From: Clostridia bacterium
Lineage (GTDB): Bacteria > Bacillota > Clostridia > Oscillospirales > CAG-272
Assembly: GCA_017415485.1 (NCBI GenBank)
Contig: JAFQGP010000075.1
Location: 635-64,634 of the forward strand
Direction: 5' to 3'
Length of the DNA stretch: 64,000 nt
Both the position numbers and the translations under genes were made by a program. The notes under the pieces are model-generated. The model did no database searches and was not told the DNA's origin. It saw only the letters and a list, made by a program, of their open reading frames with translations. This document shows, piece after piece, positions 43,692 to 52,750 of the stretch (the stretch's first letter is position 1; the number at the start of each line of letters is the position of its first letter).

Positions 43692-45228
43692 CGTGGACCT
43701 CCTTTCTGTGCGCTTCTGCAAGCACTCTGCGTTCGGGAACGAGTCCTTCGGGCAGTCTGTCAAGATATTCCGCTGTGCTGATGTGACCGCCTTCGAGAAG
43801 CTTGTCGAGCACGCTCAAAGTTCCCGATGCGGAATAGCGAGCCGAATCGCAAACGTCGATCTTCGCGCAAAGAAGCAGGGAATGAAGGCTTGAGGGAAAG
43901 ATCTTGCCAAAACCGTCGCGAGTGCGAAGAGGTCTGCCGTCGGGGCAGAAGCAGAGCGTCATATCTGCCCAAATGCAAGCCATTTGCTCGAGGCAGAGAT
44001 AAAGTGCACTTTGAACGTGCTCAAGCGCCTGCATGGATGCCTCGCGAAGTGCGAGGATCGCGCTTGTGTTGGTGGGATTGACGTTGCCGAGTGCGGTGTC
44101 CGTCGCTCCCGCAAGCTCCTTTGTCATCGCAACTGCTGTTTCGATCAGCTCGAGATAGCCCTCCTCGAGCTTGCCCGTGCCGACCACGGTTACCGCATCG
44201 GCAAGATTGCCTCCGCCAACAGCGCCGATCGCCTCGCCGATCTCGTTTGTCCATTCGGGAATACGGGTGCGGTCATAGATGACCTTTGAAAACGCCGTGT
44301 CGGTCATGTGCTTCATGAGCATTGCGTATGCACGGTTGATGTATTTCTGATTGGCGATCATTGAACTCACGGGCGAATTGCCGAAGAAGCAGTTTTTAGC
44401 TTTTTGCCAGGAAAAATGAGCGATGGGATAAAGCTTGCAGGGCGTTACGATACGCTTGATGAGGCAGTCGCGGGTGGATTTTTCAAACACTACCTTGCCG
44501 TTTTCGCGGAAGAATTTGATGAGGTAGGTCGCGCGTTCCTCGCCGCCCTCATATTCGGGCTCGTATTTTGCAAGCTCACCCGCGCCTTTTTCGGTAAGCT
44601 CGAATTTGCCGTCGGCGGTGATCTTGGATAAATCCTTCTCGGAAACTCCCGCGGCGCGAGCTTCGCGGCGAAGCTGATCGACGCTTGCTCTGCCCGAGAT
44701 GATTATGTAATCCTGCGACTGAATGTCGGGATTGGTGACGTCGGCGGGGAAGACGTTGGCGGAATCGAGCGTTTCAGTCACGATGTCGCCCATCCAACCG
44801 TCGCATCCGCGTGAATCGGCGTCCCAGGAGCAGTAAAGAAGTCCGTCGCCCGAGAGAGCTGCGTCGTAAAGCAGACTGTAGATCACGCTTTGCAGACGCG
44901 AATGCTCCCAACGGTATGCGGCGTTTTCGGTGAGCAGATCGATTGCCTTTCTGATCCTTTCCGCTTCTGCGGAATTTGGCGCGAAGGGTAGGTTTTCGTC
45001 CGAATACGTTATCTTGACGTCGCCGACGGCGGCACTTGAAACGAGATAATCAACTATACGGCTGATGACGTTGAAGACGGGTTTGGGAAGTCCTTCGCCG
45101 CCGCGCCATTGGTCGCCTCGGTAAAACCGCTCGTTTTCGGCTATTCGCGAGTAAAGACCGATCTGTCTTTTGTAGTTCCTACCGGCTTCATACTGCCGCC
45201 AGGTCTTGATTTGTGATGTTTTGGTCAT
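43675..45228 (-). CDS. putative portal protein
   Basis: 517 aa. N-terminal ..ENERFYRGDQW.. is the type of motif seen in portal/connector proteins. Position within the packaging/head gene order. Confidence 0.65.
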   Translation of the reverse strand: MTKTSQIKTWRQYEAGRNYKRQIGLYSRIAENERFYRGDQWRGGEGLPKPVFNVISRIVDYLVSSAAVGDVKITYSDENLPFAPNSAEAERIRKAIDLLTENAAYRWEHSRLQSVIYSLLYDAALSGDGLLYCSWDADSRGCDGWMGDIVTETLDSANVFPADVTNPDIQSQDYIIISGRASVDQLRREARAAGVSEKDLSKITADGKFELTEKGAGELAKYEPEYEGGEERATYLIKFFRENGKVVFEKSTRDCLIKRIVTPCKLYPIAHFSWQKAKNCFFGNSPVSSMIANQKYINRAYAMLMKHMTDTAFSKVIYDRTRIPEWTNEIGEAIGAVGGGNLADAVTVVGTGKLEEGYLELIETAVAMTKELAGATDTALGNVNPTNTSAILALREASMQALEHVQSALYLCLEQMACIWADMTLCFCPDGRPLRTRDGFGKIFPSSLHSLLLCAKIDVCDSARYSASGTLSVLDKLLEGGHISTAEYLDRLPEGLVPERRVLAEAHRKEVHDGRND

Positions 45229-45242
45229 TGTTCCTCCTCTGT

Positions 45243-46976
45243 TTACTTTGCTGAAAGAATGACGCTGTAAATGACGGCGGGCGAGTCTGTCTCAACGATC
45301 AAACGAAGCTTTTTGAATCGCGGCATCGGTATGCGGCAAGAGAATTGCTCGCGTCCTCCGCCTGCCTTGCCGTGAAGGGGCGCCGTCACACGCTCGCCTT
45401 TTTCGGTTTCAAGAGTCAATGTGCCGCTCCCGCCCGAAAGATCGTATTCGAGCACCACGGCGGCGCTCCTTTTTGTTTTCTCGGGGCATCCGAAATCCAA
45501 AAAGTGAGTTACAAGCTTTGATTTGATCGGGAACACTTCGTCCGACTCGTTGTCATTCGTGAGATCGTCGAAAAATACGTATATGCAACCACCTCTTGAG
45601 AATGCGGGCAGATTGCCGTAGCGGAAGAGCCTTTCGGCAAAGATCCCGCGATAGACGGTCCATGCTTTCCGCGCCAGATCGTAAATAAGGAGCCTGCCCT
45701 CGCTGTCTTCGGCGTCTGCGATGAAGATCTTTTGTTTTTGCGGCAGAGAAAGCATTGATATTTTTTCCGAATCTTTGGGGATGAGAGCCGATACCTCATC
45801 CGACAGCATCGAAGCACTGCACTCGTCGCGAACGCCCGATTGAGAATGCCAGCGCCAAAGTCTGCCGCAAAAGTATGTTATCGGGTCGTTGTCGAAATAT
45901 GCGGAGCTGGGGATATATTCGGCTCCGATCGCTGAATTCAGCAGAAAGCTTTGCGGCTTCAGAGCCTCGGTATTTGCTTCGTCGCCGTTCCAATCGATGA
46001 ACCAGGCATCCTTTTCGGTGAAAAGTATCCCTCTGCCGTAATGATGAGCAATGTTTGTTATCGGATAAGCTCCGCTTCCGATGCAAAGTGCAGATGATAC
46101 GGGGACGTAAAGGGGGATGGCATTCGGTGCTGTAAGCTGTGAGTAGGAATGTGCGCTTCTGCTGACCGGCACGGATGAATACAGATTGCAGGAGATTCCG
46201 GGATTATAAAGGCAAAGCCGCTCGCCGCCGTTATTGCCGAAAACGAATGCTTTGGCGGCTTGCTTCATTCTGCTTGATTCCGAAGACTCAGGCGGCAATG
46301 TAAGCCAAAATGTGACATTCATCGTTCCGGTGAGCGAGATGGTGTGCGCAACCGATGGATATTCCTCGTCAAGATAAATATTGTTCTCGGCAAGGTCAAC
46401 CTCAGTTCCGTTGATCTCGACCCTGTCGATCGATGCTGCGTTGATACCAAGGTTGAATCTGTTGGTCGTTGACGTAACCGAATAGGATATTCGTATGCGA
46501 TCAGAAAGAAGATTCAGATCTTCGTTTATCGCACCGCAGGATCTTGGATGCCATCCGATACCGTAAAGGGGCGCATAGCCTTCAACAAGGATAAGCTCTC
46601 CGTCTTTCAGGTAATAAAAGACTTGCCCGTCGTGGACGTAGAGATTTCCGCCAAAGCAGAAGATATCCGCTTCTCCCTCGGCGTTAGCAAGATCGCCTAC
46701 TTTCTCGGAGCTGCCGCTTTCGATGTCGGTGATTATCAGCGAATCGCCTATAACGGAGTATAGCTTGTCGGCAAAATTGAAGCTTGCGCGCAGATTGCCC
46801 TGATACTCGGCAACCGAGGCGTAGCCCGCTCTCGTCTTCAGCGAGCCGTCGGCATCAAGATCGAGGTTTTCGGTAAGATAGCAATTCCCCCGCTGCCGGG
46901 TGCGGTCTATGCCGCCAAAGCCATCCTCATACATCCGCTCAACGCCGAGGGCATTTTTGAATTTGAAGCTCTTCAT
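45243..46976 (-). CDS. 577-aa phage-associated protein of unknown function
   Basis: Intact ORF tightly packed between terL and the portal gene. No motif recognised. Confidence 0.6.
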   Translation of the reverse strand: MKSFKFKNALGVERMYEDGFGGIDRTRQRGNCYLTENLDLDADGSLKTRAGYASVAEYQGNLRASFNFADKLYSVIGDSLIITDIESGSSEKVGDLANAEGEADIFCFGGNLYVHDGQVFYYLKDGELILVEGYAPLYGIGWHPRSCGAINEDLNLLSDRIRISYSVTSTTNRFNLGINAASIDRVEINGTEVDLAENNIYLDEEYPSVAHTISLTGTMNVTFWLTLPPESSESSRMKQAAKAFVFGNNGGERLCLYNPGISCNLYSSVPVSRSAHSYSQLTAPNAIPLYVPVSSALCIGSGAYPITNIAHHYGRGILFTEKDAWFIDWNGDEANTEALKPQSFLLNSAIGAEYIPSSAYFDNDPITYFCGRLWRWHSQSGVRDECSASMLSDEVSALIPKDSEKISMLSLPQKQKIFIADAEDSEGRLLIYDLARKAWTVYRGIFAERLFRYGNLPAFSRGGCIYVFFDDLTNDNESDEVFPIKSKLVTHFLDFGCPEKTKRSAAVVLEYDLSGGSGTLTLETEKGERVTAPLHGKAGGGREQFSCRIPMPRFKKLRLIVETDSPAVIYSVILSAK

Positions 46977-47029
46977 GTTTTTTCCTTTCGTTGTATTTTC
47001 ATTTTTTGACGCGGTACAGACGTTGTTTT

Positions 47030-48370
47030 TCAGTCAAAAAATGAATTTGATCGATCATTTCTGAATCGGAATTTGTGACCACCCTCCTCGGCTGCGGCGA
47101 AACGGCTCATAAGAGCGTATCTCAGCGCCTCGGGCGAGTGGGTGACCGAGTGCGGCTCGCCCGAGGCGTCTTCGGTGCGGTTTTTGTCGAAGAGCAGGGC
47201 GGGCAGGCATCTTATCAGCTCGCGGCAGCGCTCGCTGATGAGTAAGCCGGGGGTGCCGTCATCACGGTCGGCAAGATATTCGCGGACAACTCTCCATCCG
47301 GGAATGCGCCTGTCATCCGCAGGACGCATCGGCGGCATACCTTCTGCGGATTGCATGATCTCGAATCCGCTTTTTCCGCTGTCCTGCCTGCGGTTCCAAA
47401 GGTCGGGTGACGCAACGGCAAATTCCACACCCTTCCCTCGGCAAAGCTCGCTGATCTTTTTTGCGGCTTCGCCGAGCGTCAGGTTCGGGGCGCAGAATTC
47501 GTCGGTGACGTAGACCCTGCCCGTTCGGTCGCAGATGCAGATGTAGGCGGCGAGCATATCAAAACCGTAGTCAAAGGCGGCGATCGTGTGGTAAGCGCGC
47601 GGGATGGCTGTGGCGGCGCATACGTGACGAGCCTCATCGAATTCGGTAAAGAATTGCCCCTCGAAGATGTCCCATTTTCCGTAAAGCCAAGCCTCGCGCA
47701 AGCGTGTCGGCAAGGATTCCAGCCGCCGCACGTAGTCGGGATCGGCGCGGGTGAGGATATCGTTGTCGAAAACGGTTGCGGGGACGAAGGCGTAATCATC
47801 GGGATTCTCACCCGTGCGGTATTCGCGGTCGATAAAGAGCCTTTTGACCCAGGCGTGTCCTATCCCGCCGGGATTGCAGGTGAGATAGATCCGCCTTGGG
47901 CGGTCCGACGTGCCTCGCAGACAGGCCTTGAAGATCGAAAACTGATATTCGCTCAGTTGCGTTGCCTCGTCGAGGGCTATGACGTCGTATTCCTGACCCT
48001 GATAGCGGAGTGCATCGCGTTCCGAGGCGGCGTAGCCGAGGGTGATGCGGCTCCCGTTTTCAAGGGTCAGCTCTTTGTCGCGCTCGCTGTAAGAGAGGAT
48101 CGCTCCGTATTCGGCGAGCAGGGGAGAGAGATGATTTGAGCGGAGTTCGGGGAGAGTTCTTCGCACAAGCAGGCAGCGAAGTCCGGGGTATCGCAGGCAC
48201 ATAAGCACAAGCTTTCGCCTCAGCGCCCATGATTTTCCTCCACCGCGCGCTCCGCCATAGGCAACGTACTTTTGCCGACAGGCGAAAAATTCGCGCTGAC
48301 GGCTGTTCGGCGAGCCTTTTATGTGGAGCGCGCGTTCGGGTGCACTATCCGCCGTCTTCATAAGCGTCAT
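47030..48370 (-). CDS. terL: terminase large subunit
   Basis: Walker A YGGARGGGKS, Walker B YDVIALDEAT and coupling motif LTCNPGG. C-terminal nuclease-type acidic residues. 446 aa. Confidence 0.9.
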   Translation of the reverse strand: MTLMKTADSAPERALHIKGSPNSRQREFFACRQKYVAYGGARGGGKSWALRRKLVLMCLRYPGLRCLLVRRTLPELRSNHLSPLLAEYGAILSYSERDKELTLENGSRITLGYAASERDALRYQGQEYDVIALDEATQLSEYQFSIFKACLRGTSDRPRRIYLTCNPGGIGHAWVKRLFIDREYRTGENPDDYAFVPATVFDNDILTRADPDYVRRLESLPTRLREAWLYGKWDIFEGQFFTEFDEARHVCAATAIPRAYHTIAAFDYGFDMLAAYICICDRTGRVYVTDEFCAPNLTLGEAAKKISELCRGKGVEFAVASPDLWNRRQDSGKSGFEIMQSAEGMPPMRPADDRRIPGWRVVREYLADRDDGTPGLLISERCRELIRCLPALLFDKNRTEDASGEPHSVTHSPEALRYALMSRFAAAEEGGHKFRFRNDRSNSFFD

Positions 48371-48767
48371 GGTCGAAGATCAGTCGGAGCTGACCCGTAT
48401 CGGTTATCCCTGTTTCTTGCTTTTCCTCGCCCGAATAACCCAGGCGGAGCTTGAGATAGACCGAAAGGATGGAGGCGGACATTTCCGAGTTGAGAGCCTC
48501 GTCCTCGAGAGCGGCGCAAAGCGCGCCGTGAACCTCGGGGCGTGTGTTTCGAAGCCTTTCAAAATCGGAGAGGGTGCTGCGGGTAAATCTGCAAAAGCCT
48601 GCGACGTTCGGTATCCTGCCCGCGTTTTTGCGCTTTCCGTCCGCGCCCTCGGCTTGGCAGAGCGCGAGATATTCGTCAAACAGCTTGACGATGCTCCCGT
48701 TATCTGCCGCTTCCTCGAGCGCGGTACGGTTTGGTTCGTTCTGCGGTCCTTGGTCGTTTGCGGACAT
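48345..48767 (-). CDS. terS: terminase small subunit
   Basis: 140 aa from MSANDQ (GAGG upstream). HTH-like IPNVAGFCRFTRSTLSDFERL and the C-terminal ..YLKLRLGY pattern of small terminases. Overlaps the terL start by 26 nt. Confidence 0.65.
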   Translation of the reverse strand: MSANDQGPQNEPNRTALEEAADNGSIVKLFDEYLALCQAEGADGKRKNAGRIPNVAGFCRFTRSTLSDFERLRNTRPEVHGALCAALEDEALNSEMSASILSVYLKLRLGYSGEEKQETGITDTGQLRLIFDHDAYEDGG

Positions 48768-48889
48768 TCTGACCTCGCTTTCCCGTCTGTACCGCAATCA
48801 TTTTACCGCCGATGGGAGTCTCATCCCGAAACCGATAGTCTGCGTGAGTCTCAAGAGTATCACGGGTTTTGCATAAAAAAGAAAAAACT

Positions 48890-49240
48890 CCCCATTTGGA
48901 GAGAAAAAGCCGGAAAGTTTTTGTCCAACTTTTTTAAAAGGTGGCAGAGTTCGAGACAGCGTCTCGAATCAAATGCGAAAGTGCGGCTCTGGCGGTTTTC
49001 CGTAGGAAAATGGAGGCGTAAGCCGACAAGCCAGAGTCGTCATTTGCCGAAGGCAAATAGTTTAGCTTTCGCCACAATGCTTCGGAACGGTGTCTCCGTT
49101 CCGAACCTAAAAAGGACTTCCCGAATGTAGGGAAGTCCTTTTTAGGTTAATATTAAACTCAATTAAGCTCTGATTATGCCGTTCTTTATACTATCCGCCT
49201 TGTGTGCTGCTTTGAGGATAACAAAAAATCTTGATATAAC
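48890..49240. repeat. dense run of unrelated short hairpins ('hairpin forest')
   Basis: For example CGAGACAGCGTCTCG, CATTTGCCGAAGGCAAATAG, GGAACGGTGTCTCCGTTCC, AAAAAGGACTTCCC-GAATGTA-GGGAAGTCCTTTTT. Confidence 0.7.
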
Positions 49241-49400
49241 ATAAATGGCATCACCGCGAGGGTGATGCCATTTATGTTCGGAATGTCGGCGGGGCGCCGC
49301 CATTCCGAAGCACAAGGGAAGTTTCGCGCTCTGCGGAGCGCGACTTAAGGCGCTGCCTTAAGAATTCGCGAACTTTTGAAAAAGTTCGATCAAAACTTCA
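49241..49400. repeat. four-hairpin structured repeat, copy B (inverted relative to copy A)
   Basis: The reverse complement aligns with 40917-41085. The linkers and loops are shared. Two of the stems differ in sequence between copies but each remains self-complementary. Confidence 0.8.
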
Positions 49401-49404
49401 TCCT

Positions 49405-49448
49405 TTTTAATAAAAATGAAAATTTCCGCCCGAATCGGGCGGAAATTC
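49405..49448 (-). terminator. intrinsic terminator of hprK
   Basis: The minus strand reads GAATTTCCGCCC-GATTC-GGGCGGAAATTTTCATTTTTATT. Confidence 0.8.
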
Positions 49449-49480
49449 ACCATAACTTTTCACTTTTCACTTTACACTTA

Positions 49481-50416
49481 TCACTCTTCAATCCCCATCA
49501 TCGCCATCAGTCTCTTATTAAACTCCTCGGCGGTGTTATATCCCATCTTCTTCTGGCGGTTGTTCATCGCCGCGATCTCAAGGATGATGGCGAGGTTTCG
49601 TCCGGGGCGGACGGGGATGGTCAGCGAGGGCAGCTCGATGCCGAGAATGTTGACGGTCTGATCGTCAAGACCGAGGCGGTCGTACATCTTGCCCTGAACC
49701 CAGGATTCAAGATTGATGACAAGGTCGAGCTTTTCGGTGTCCTTGACCGCGCTGATACCGTAAAGACGCTTGACGTCGATGATACCAATGCCGCGAAGCT
49801 CAACATAGTGGCGCAGGATCTCGGGTGCCGAGCCGACAAGAGCCTTTTTCGATACTCTCTTGATCTCAACGGCATCGTCCGCGATAAGACGGTGGCCTCT
49901 CTTTACAAGCTCGATCGCGGTTTCGGATTTACCGACTCCGCTGTCGCCGAGGATGAGGATACCCTCGCCGTAGACCTCAACAAGTACGCCGTGGCGCGTG
50001 ATGCAGGGCGCGAGATGCACGTTGAGCGAGGCGAAGAGCGCCGCCATGGTCGCGGAGGTCAGCTCCTCGGTCGAAAGAAGCGGAACTTCGTATTCTTCGC
50101 AGTATTTTATCATCTCGGGGAATGCTTCAAGTCCCGAGGTATAGAGGATGACAACGGGCTTCTTTGCCACAAAATTGCGTATGCGGGCGTCGCGCTGGCT
50201 TTCGCTCATATTTGAAATATAGCTGTACTCGGCGTTGCCGATAAGCTGTATACGCGATTCCTCAAAAATATCGAGAAAACCCGAAAGCGCAAGTCCGGGG
50301 CGGTCGACCTCGGGCGCGGTGACGAAGATTTCCTCCGCAGGGTGCGGAAGGTATATTTCTTTAAGCTTGAATTCCTTGATAAGAGCCGAGAGCGATATTC
50401 TGTTCTTTTCTTCCAT
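49481..50416 (-). CDS. hprK: HPr kinase/phosphorylase
   Basis: P-loop GDSGVGKSETA and LIADDAVEI motifs. 311 aa. Confidence 0.93.
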   Translation of the reverse strand: MEEKNRISLSALIKEFKLKEIYLPHPAEEIFVTAPEVDRPGLALSGFLDIFEESRIQLIGNAEYSYISNMSESQRDARIRNFVAKKPVVILYTSGLEAFPEMIKYCEEYEVPLLSTEELTSATMAALFASLNVHLAPCITRHGVLVEVYGEGILILGDSGVGKSETAIELVKRGHRLIADDAVEIKRVSKKALVGSAPEILRHYVELRGIGIIDVKRLYGISAVKDTEKLDLVINLESWVQGKMYDRLGLDDQTVNILGIELPSLTIPVRPGRNLAIILEIAAMNNRQKKMGYNTAEEFNKRLMAMMGIEE

Positions 50417-50578
50417 GATAAACGTCCTCTTTGATTTTTATTATATATAGTATATCATATATTTGCCTCGGTTGCAAATGGTTTTTGCAAATTTTTATAT
50501 GAATTTTCAAATATTCATATTGGAGTAACAAAAATGTGGTATCATTAATTGGATTATTATATACAATAGGAGAAAAAT

Positions 50579-51619
50579 ATGAACTTCAAGGTTATAAAGC
50601 GTCTTTCACTTGCGCTTGCTCTGCTTATTTGCCTTTCTGCGATCCTCACATCTTGCGGTGTCAAGCCAATCAAGAGCACGGAGGAGGAGTCGGCAGTTGT
50701 CGGCAAAATAGGAAAATATGATGTCAGATACGAGGAGCTTCGTTATCTCGTTCTCAATTTCAAGAGAGATATGGCGCTCAAATACGGCGAGGACATCTGG
50801 ACAGATCCCGCTAAAGCGGAAAGCTACAAGGACGAGCTTTGGTCGCTTGTCAGCGAAAATATCGTCAGCGATTACTATGCCGTTCAGGCGATGGCTGACT
50901 ACTATTACGTTGGCGGCGGTGCGGCGCTCATGATGAACGAAAAGCCCATCCTTGAGGCAGTTCAGGAGACTGTCGAGCTTGTCGTTGACGAATGCGGCGG
51001 ATTCAAGAAATATAAGGAGATGCTCGCTTCGGAGTATCTGACCGACAATCTTTTCCGTTTTTACAGCGCCGCAGAGGAATGCGCGAACGAGCTTTTCTAT
51101 ATCCTCGTGCGCGACCTTGGCGAAATTGAAAGCAGCGACGAATACATCGACGAATATTTCAAATCGGATGATTTCCTTCGCACCAATCACATCTTCATTT
51201 CGGGTGTGAGTGCGGAAAATCTCGCAAAGGCGAAGGATCTGCAGGCACAGCTTGCGGCAAGCGACAACAAGGAGCTTGAGATGATAATGCTCAAGGGCAT
51301 CCATTGCGCCGATTACACCATGACCACCACCCACGGCAAGTATTTTGCAAGATACACCTCCGATTACGGCGAGGAATACGAGCTTGCGGCGTTTGATCTC
51401 AAAATTAACGAGCTCAGCGACGTCGTTGAAGCAAGCAACGGATATTATATCATCCTCCGTCTTGAGCCCGAGGCCGACTACATCAAGCAGAATTATGAGG
51501 ATTTCAAGGACGACATCCTCGGCTCGGAGTTCAACAAGGTTCTTGCTTCCTATAAAGAGAGCCTCGAGTTCAGCCTCAACGATTACGGCAAGTCGATAAA
51601 TATTCTGGAGATCGAATAA
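50579..51619 (+). CDS. PrsA/SurA-like peptidyl-prolyl isomerase lipoprotein
   Basis: Lipobox LTSCG. SurA_N-like segment, then a PpiC-like segment (TNHIFISG ... ASNGYYIILRLE). Confidence 0.65.
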   Translation: MNFKVIKRLSLALALLICLSAILTSCGVKPIKSTEEESAVVGKIGKYDVRYEELRYLVLNFKRDMALKYGEDIWTDPAKAESYKDELWSLVSENIVSDYYAVQAMADYYYVGGGAALMMNEKPILEAVQETVELVVDECGGFKKYKEMLASEYLTDNLFRFYSAAEECANELFYILVRDLGEIESSDEYIDEYFKSDDFLRTNHIFISGVSAENLAKAKDLQAQLAASDNKELEMIMLKGIHCADYTMTTTHGKYFARYTSDYGEEYELAAFDLKINELSDVVEASNGYYIILRLEPEADYIKQNYEDFKDDILGSEFNKVLASYKESLEFSLNDYGKSINILEIE

Positions 51620-52666
51620 ATGGCTACAGTCAGCGGCGGAAGGCGCAGATCCTTCAAAAGCCGTCATCACACCCCGATGGGAAAGGGCGGAAAGCTGGCG
51701 GTCATATTCGTTTGCACCGCGCTCATCCTTTTTGTGCTTGCGGTCATGCTCGGCAACTACCTTCGCGGACTTGCGGAGGCGGTGATCGAGGACACGACCG
51801 AGGCATCGACAACGGAGGAAGAACTCTACTACTCAAACGCTCCCGACGAAGTGATCGCGATGGGAATATACTTTGGCGGTGAGTTTGCAACGGAAGGAAC
51901 CAAAACGCAGGCAGAAACCGCGGAGGAAGATACTTCCGTGCCCGAAGAACCGATCAGATTCGATTCGATCTCTCTGACCCTGCGCGAAAAGGACAGGGAA
52001 AGCGGCGAGATGCTTCTTGCCTATTCCTCGCCCATCAGCCTTGAATACGGCATCGACGTGACGGGTGAGACATCGCTTGAAGATGGATTGGCTGAAATTA
52101 AAAGCTTTTACGGCGAAAGAATACCGATCTGCGGCGTTTTTGAGATCGATCACCCCGAACTCCCCATGCCAAGCCGCGATATTATGCGAGCCTACGAGAT
52201 CGCGCTGATATGCGAGCTTATCGACGCGGGAATCGAAGAGATCGTTCTTGTCGGTTTCGATTTTGCGGTGGAGGAAGGCATTTCCTTCATTTCGGATATC
52301 TATGAGCAAAAGGGAAGAGGCACCGCCATCGGGCTTGCGCTCCCGTTTGATTTCTTTGTTGCCGCCGAGGCACAAGGAAAGCTCAGCGAGATCACCAAAA
52401 GATGCGGCTTCCTTGCGCTCGATCTCTGTTCTCTCAAGGTTCCCGCGCTTATGACCGCGGAATCGCTGATAACAGACCGAGTTTCAAGAACGCGCGCGAT
52501 CTGCCGCGAGTTTTCGGTCCGAGTGCTTCTCGGATGCGGTGGGAACCCCGATTGCGAATCCCAAACGCGGGCGGCTATGAATGCGGGCGCAGATAACGTG
52601 ATGACAGCACTTGGCATTTTTATGCCAAAGGAAGAAAATATTACCGAAGAGATAACGGCTGAGTGA
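51620..52666 (+). CDS. membrane-anchored hypothetical protein
   Basis: Start abuts the previous stop. Basic N-terminus plus one TM segment, then an acidic linker and a domain of about 230 aa. No motif recognised. Confidence 0.55.
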   Translation: MATVSGGRRRSFKSRHHTPMGKGGKLAVIFVCTALILFVLAVMLGNYLRGLAEAVIEDTTEASTTEEELYYSNAPDEVIAMGIYFGGEFATEGTKTQAETAEEDTSVPEEPIRFDSISLTLREKDRESGEMLLAYSSPISLEYGIDVTGETSLEDGLAEIKSFYGERIPICGVFEIDHPELPMPSRDIMRAYEIALICELIDAGIEEIVLVGFDFAVEEGISFISDIYEQKGRGTAIGLALPFDFFVAAEAQGKLSEITKRCGFLALDLCSLKVPALMTAESLITDRVSRTRAICREFSVRVLLGCGGNPDCESQTRAAMNAGADNVMTALGIFMPKEENITEEITAE

Positions 52667-52750
52667 TCGGCCGTTATTTTTATAAATTGCTTGACATTTG
52701 TCTTATTTTGTTGTAAAATATATAATAGTATAATATGCTCGGAGGACTAT

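Noticed and set aside
41983-48797. Calling the region a complete or inducible prophage
   Set aside because: Only packaging and head genes are present. There is no integrase, repressor, replication, tail or lysis gene, and no attachment-site direct repeats that I could find. Reported instead as a head-only module.
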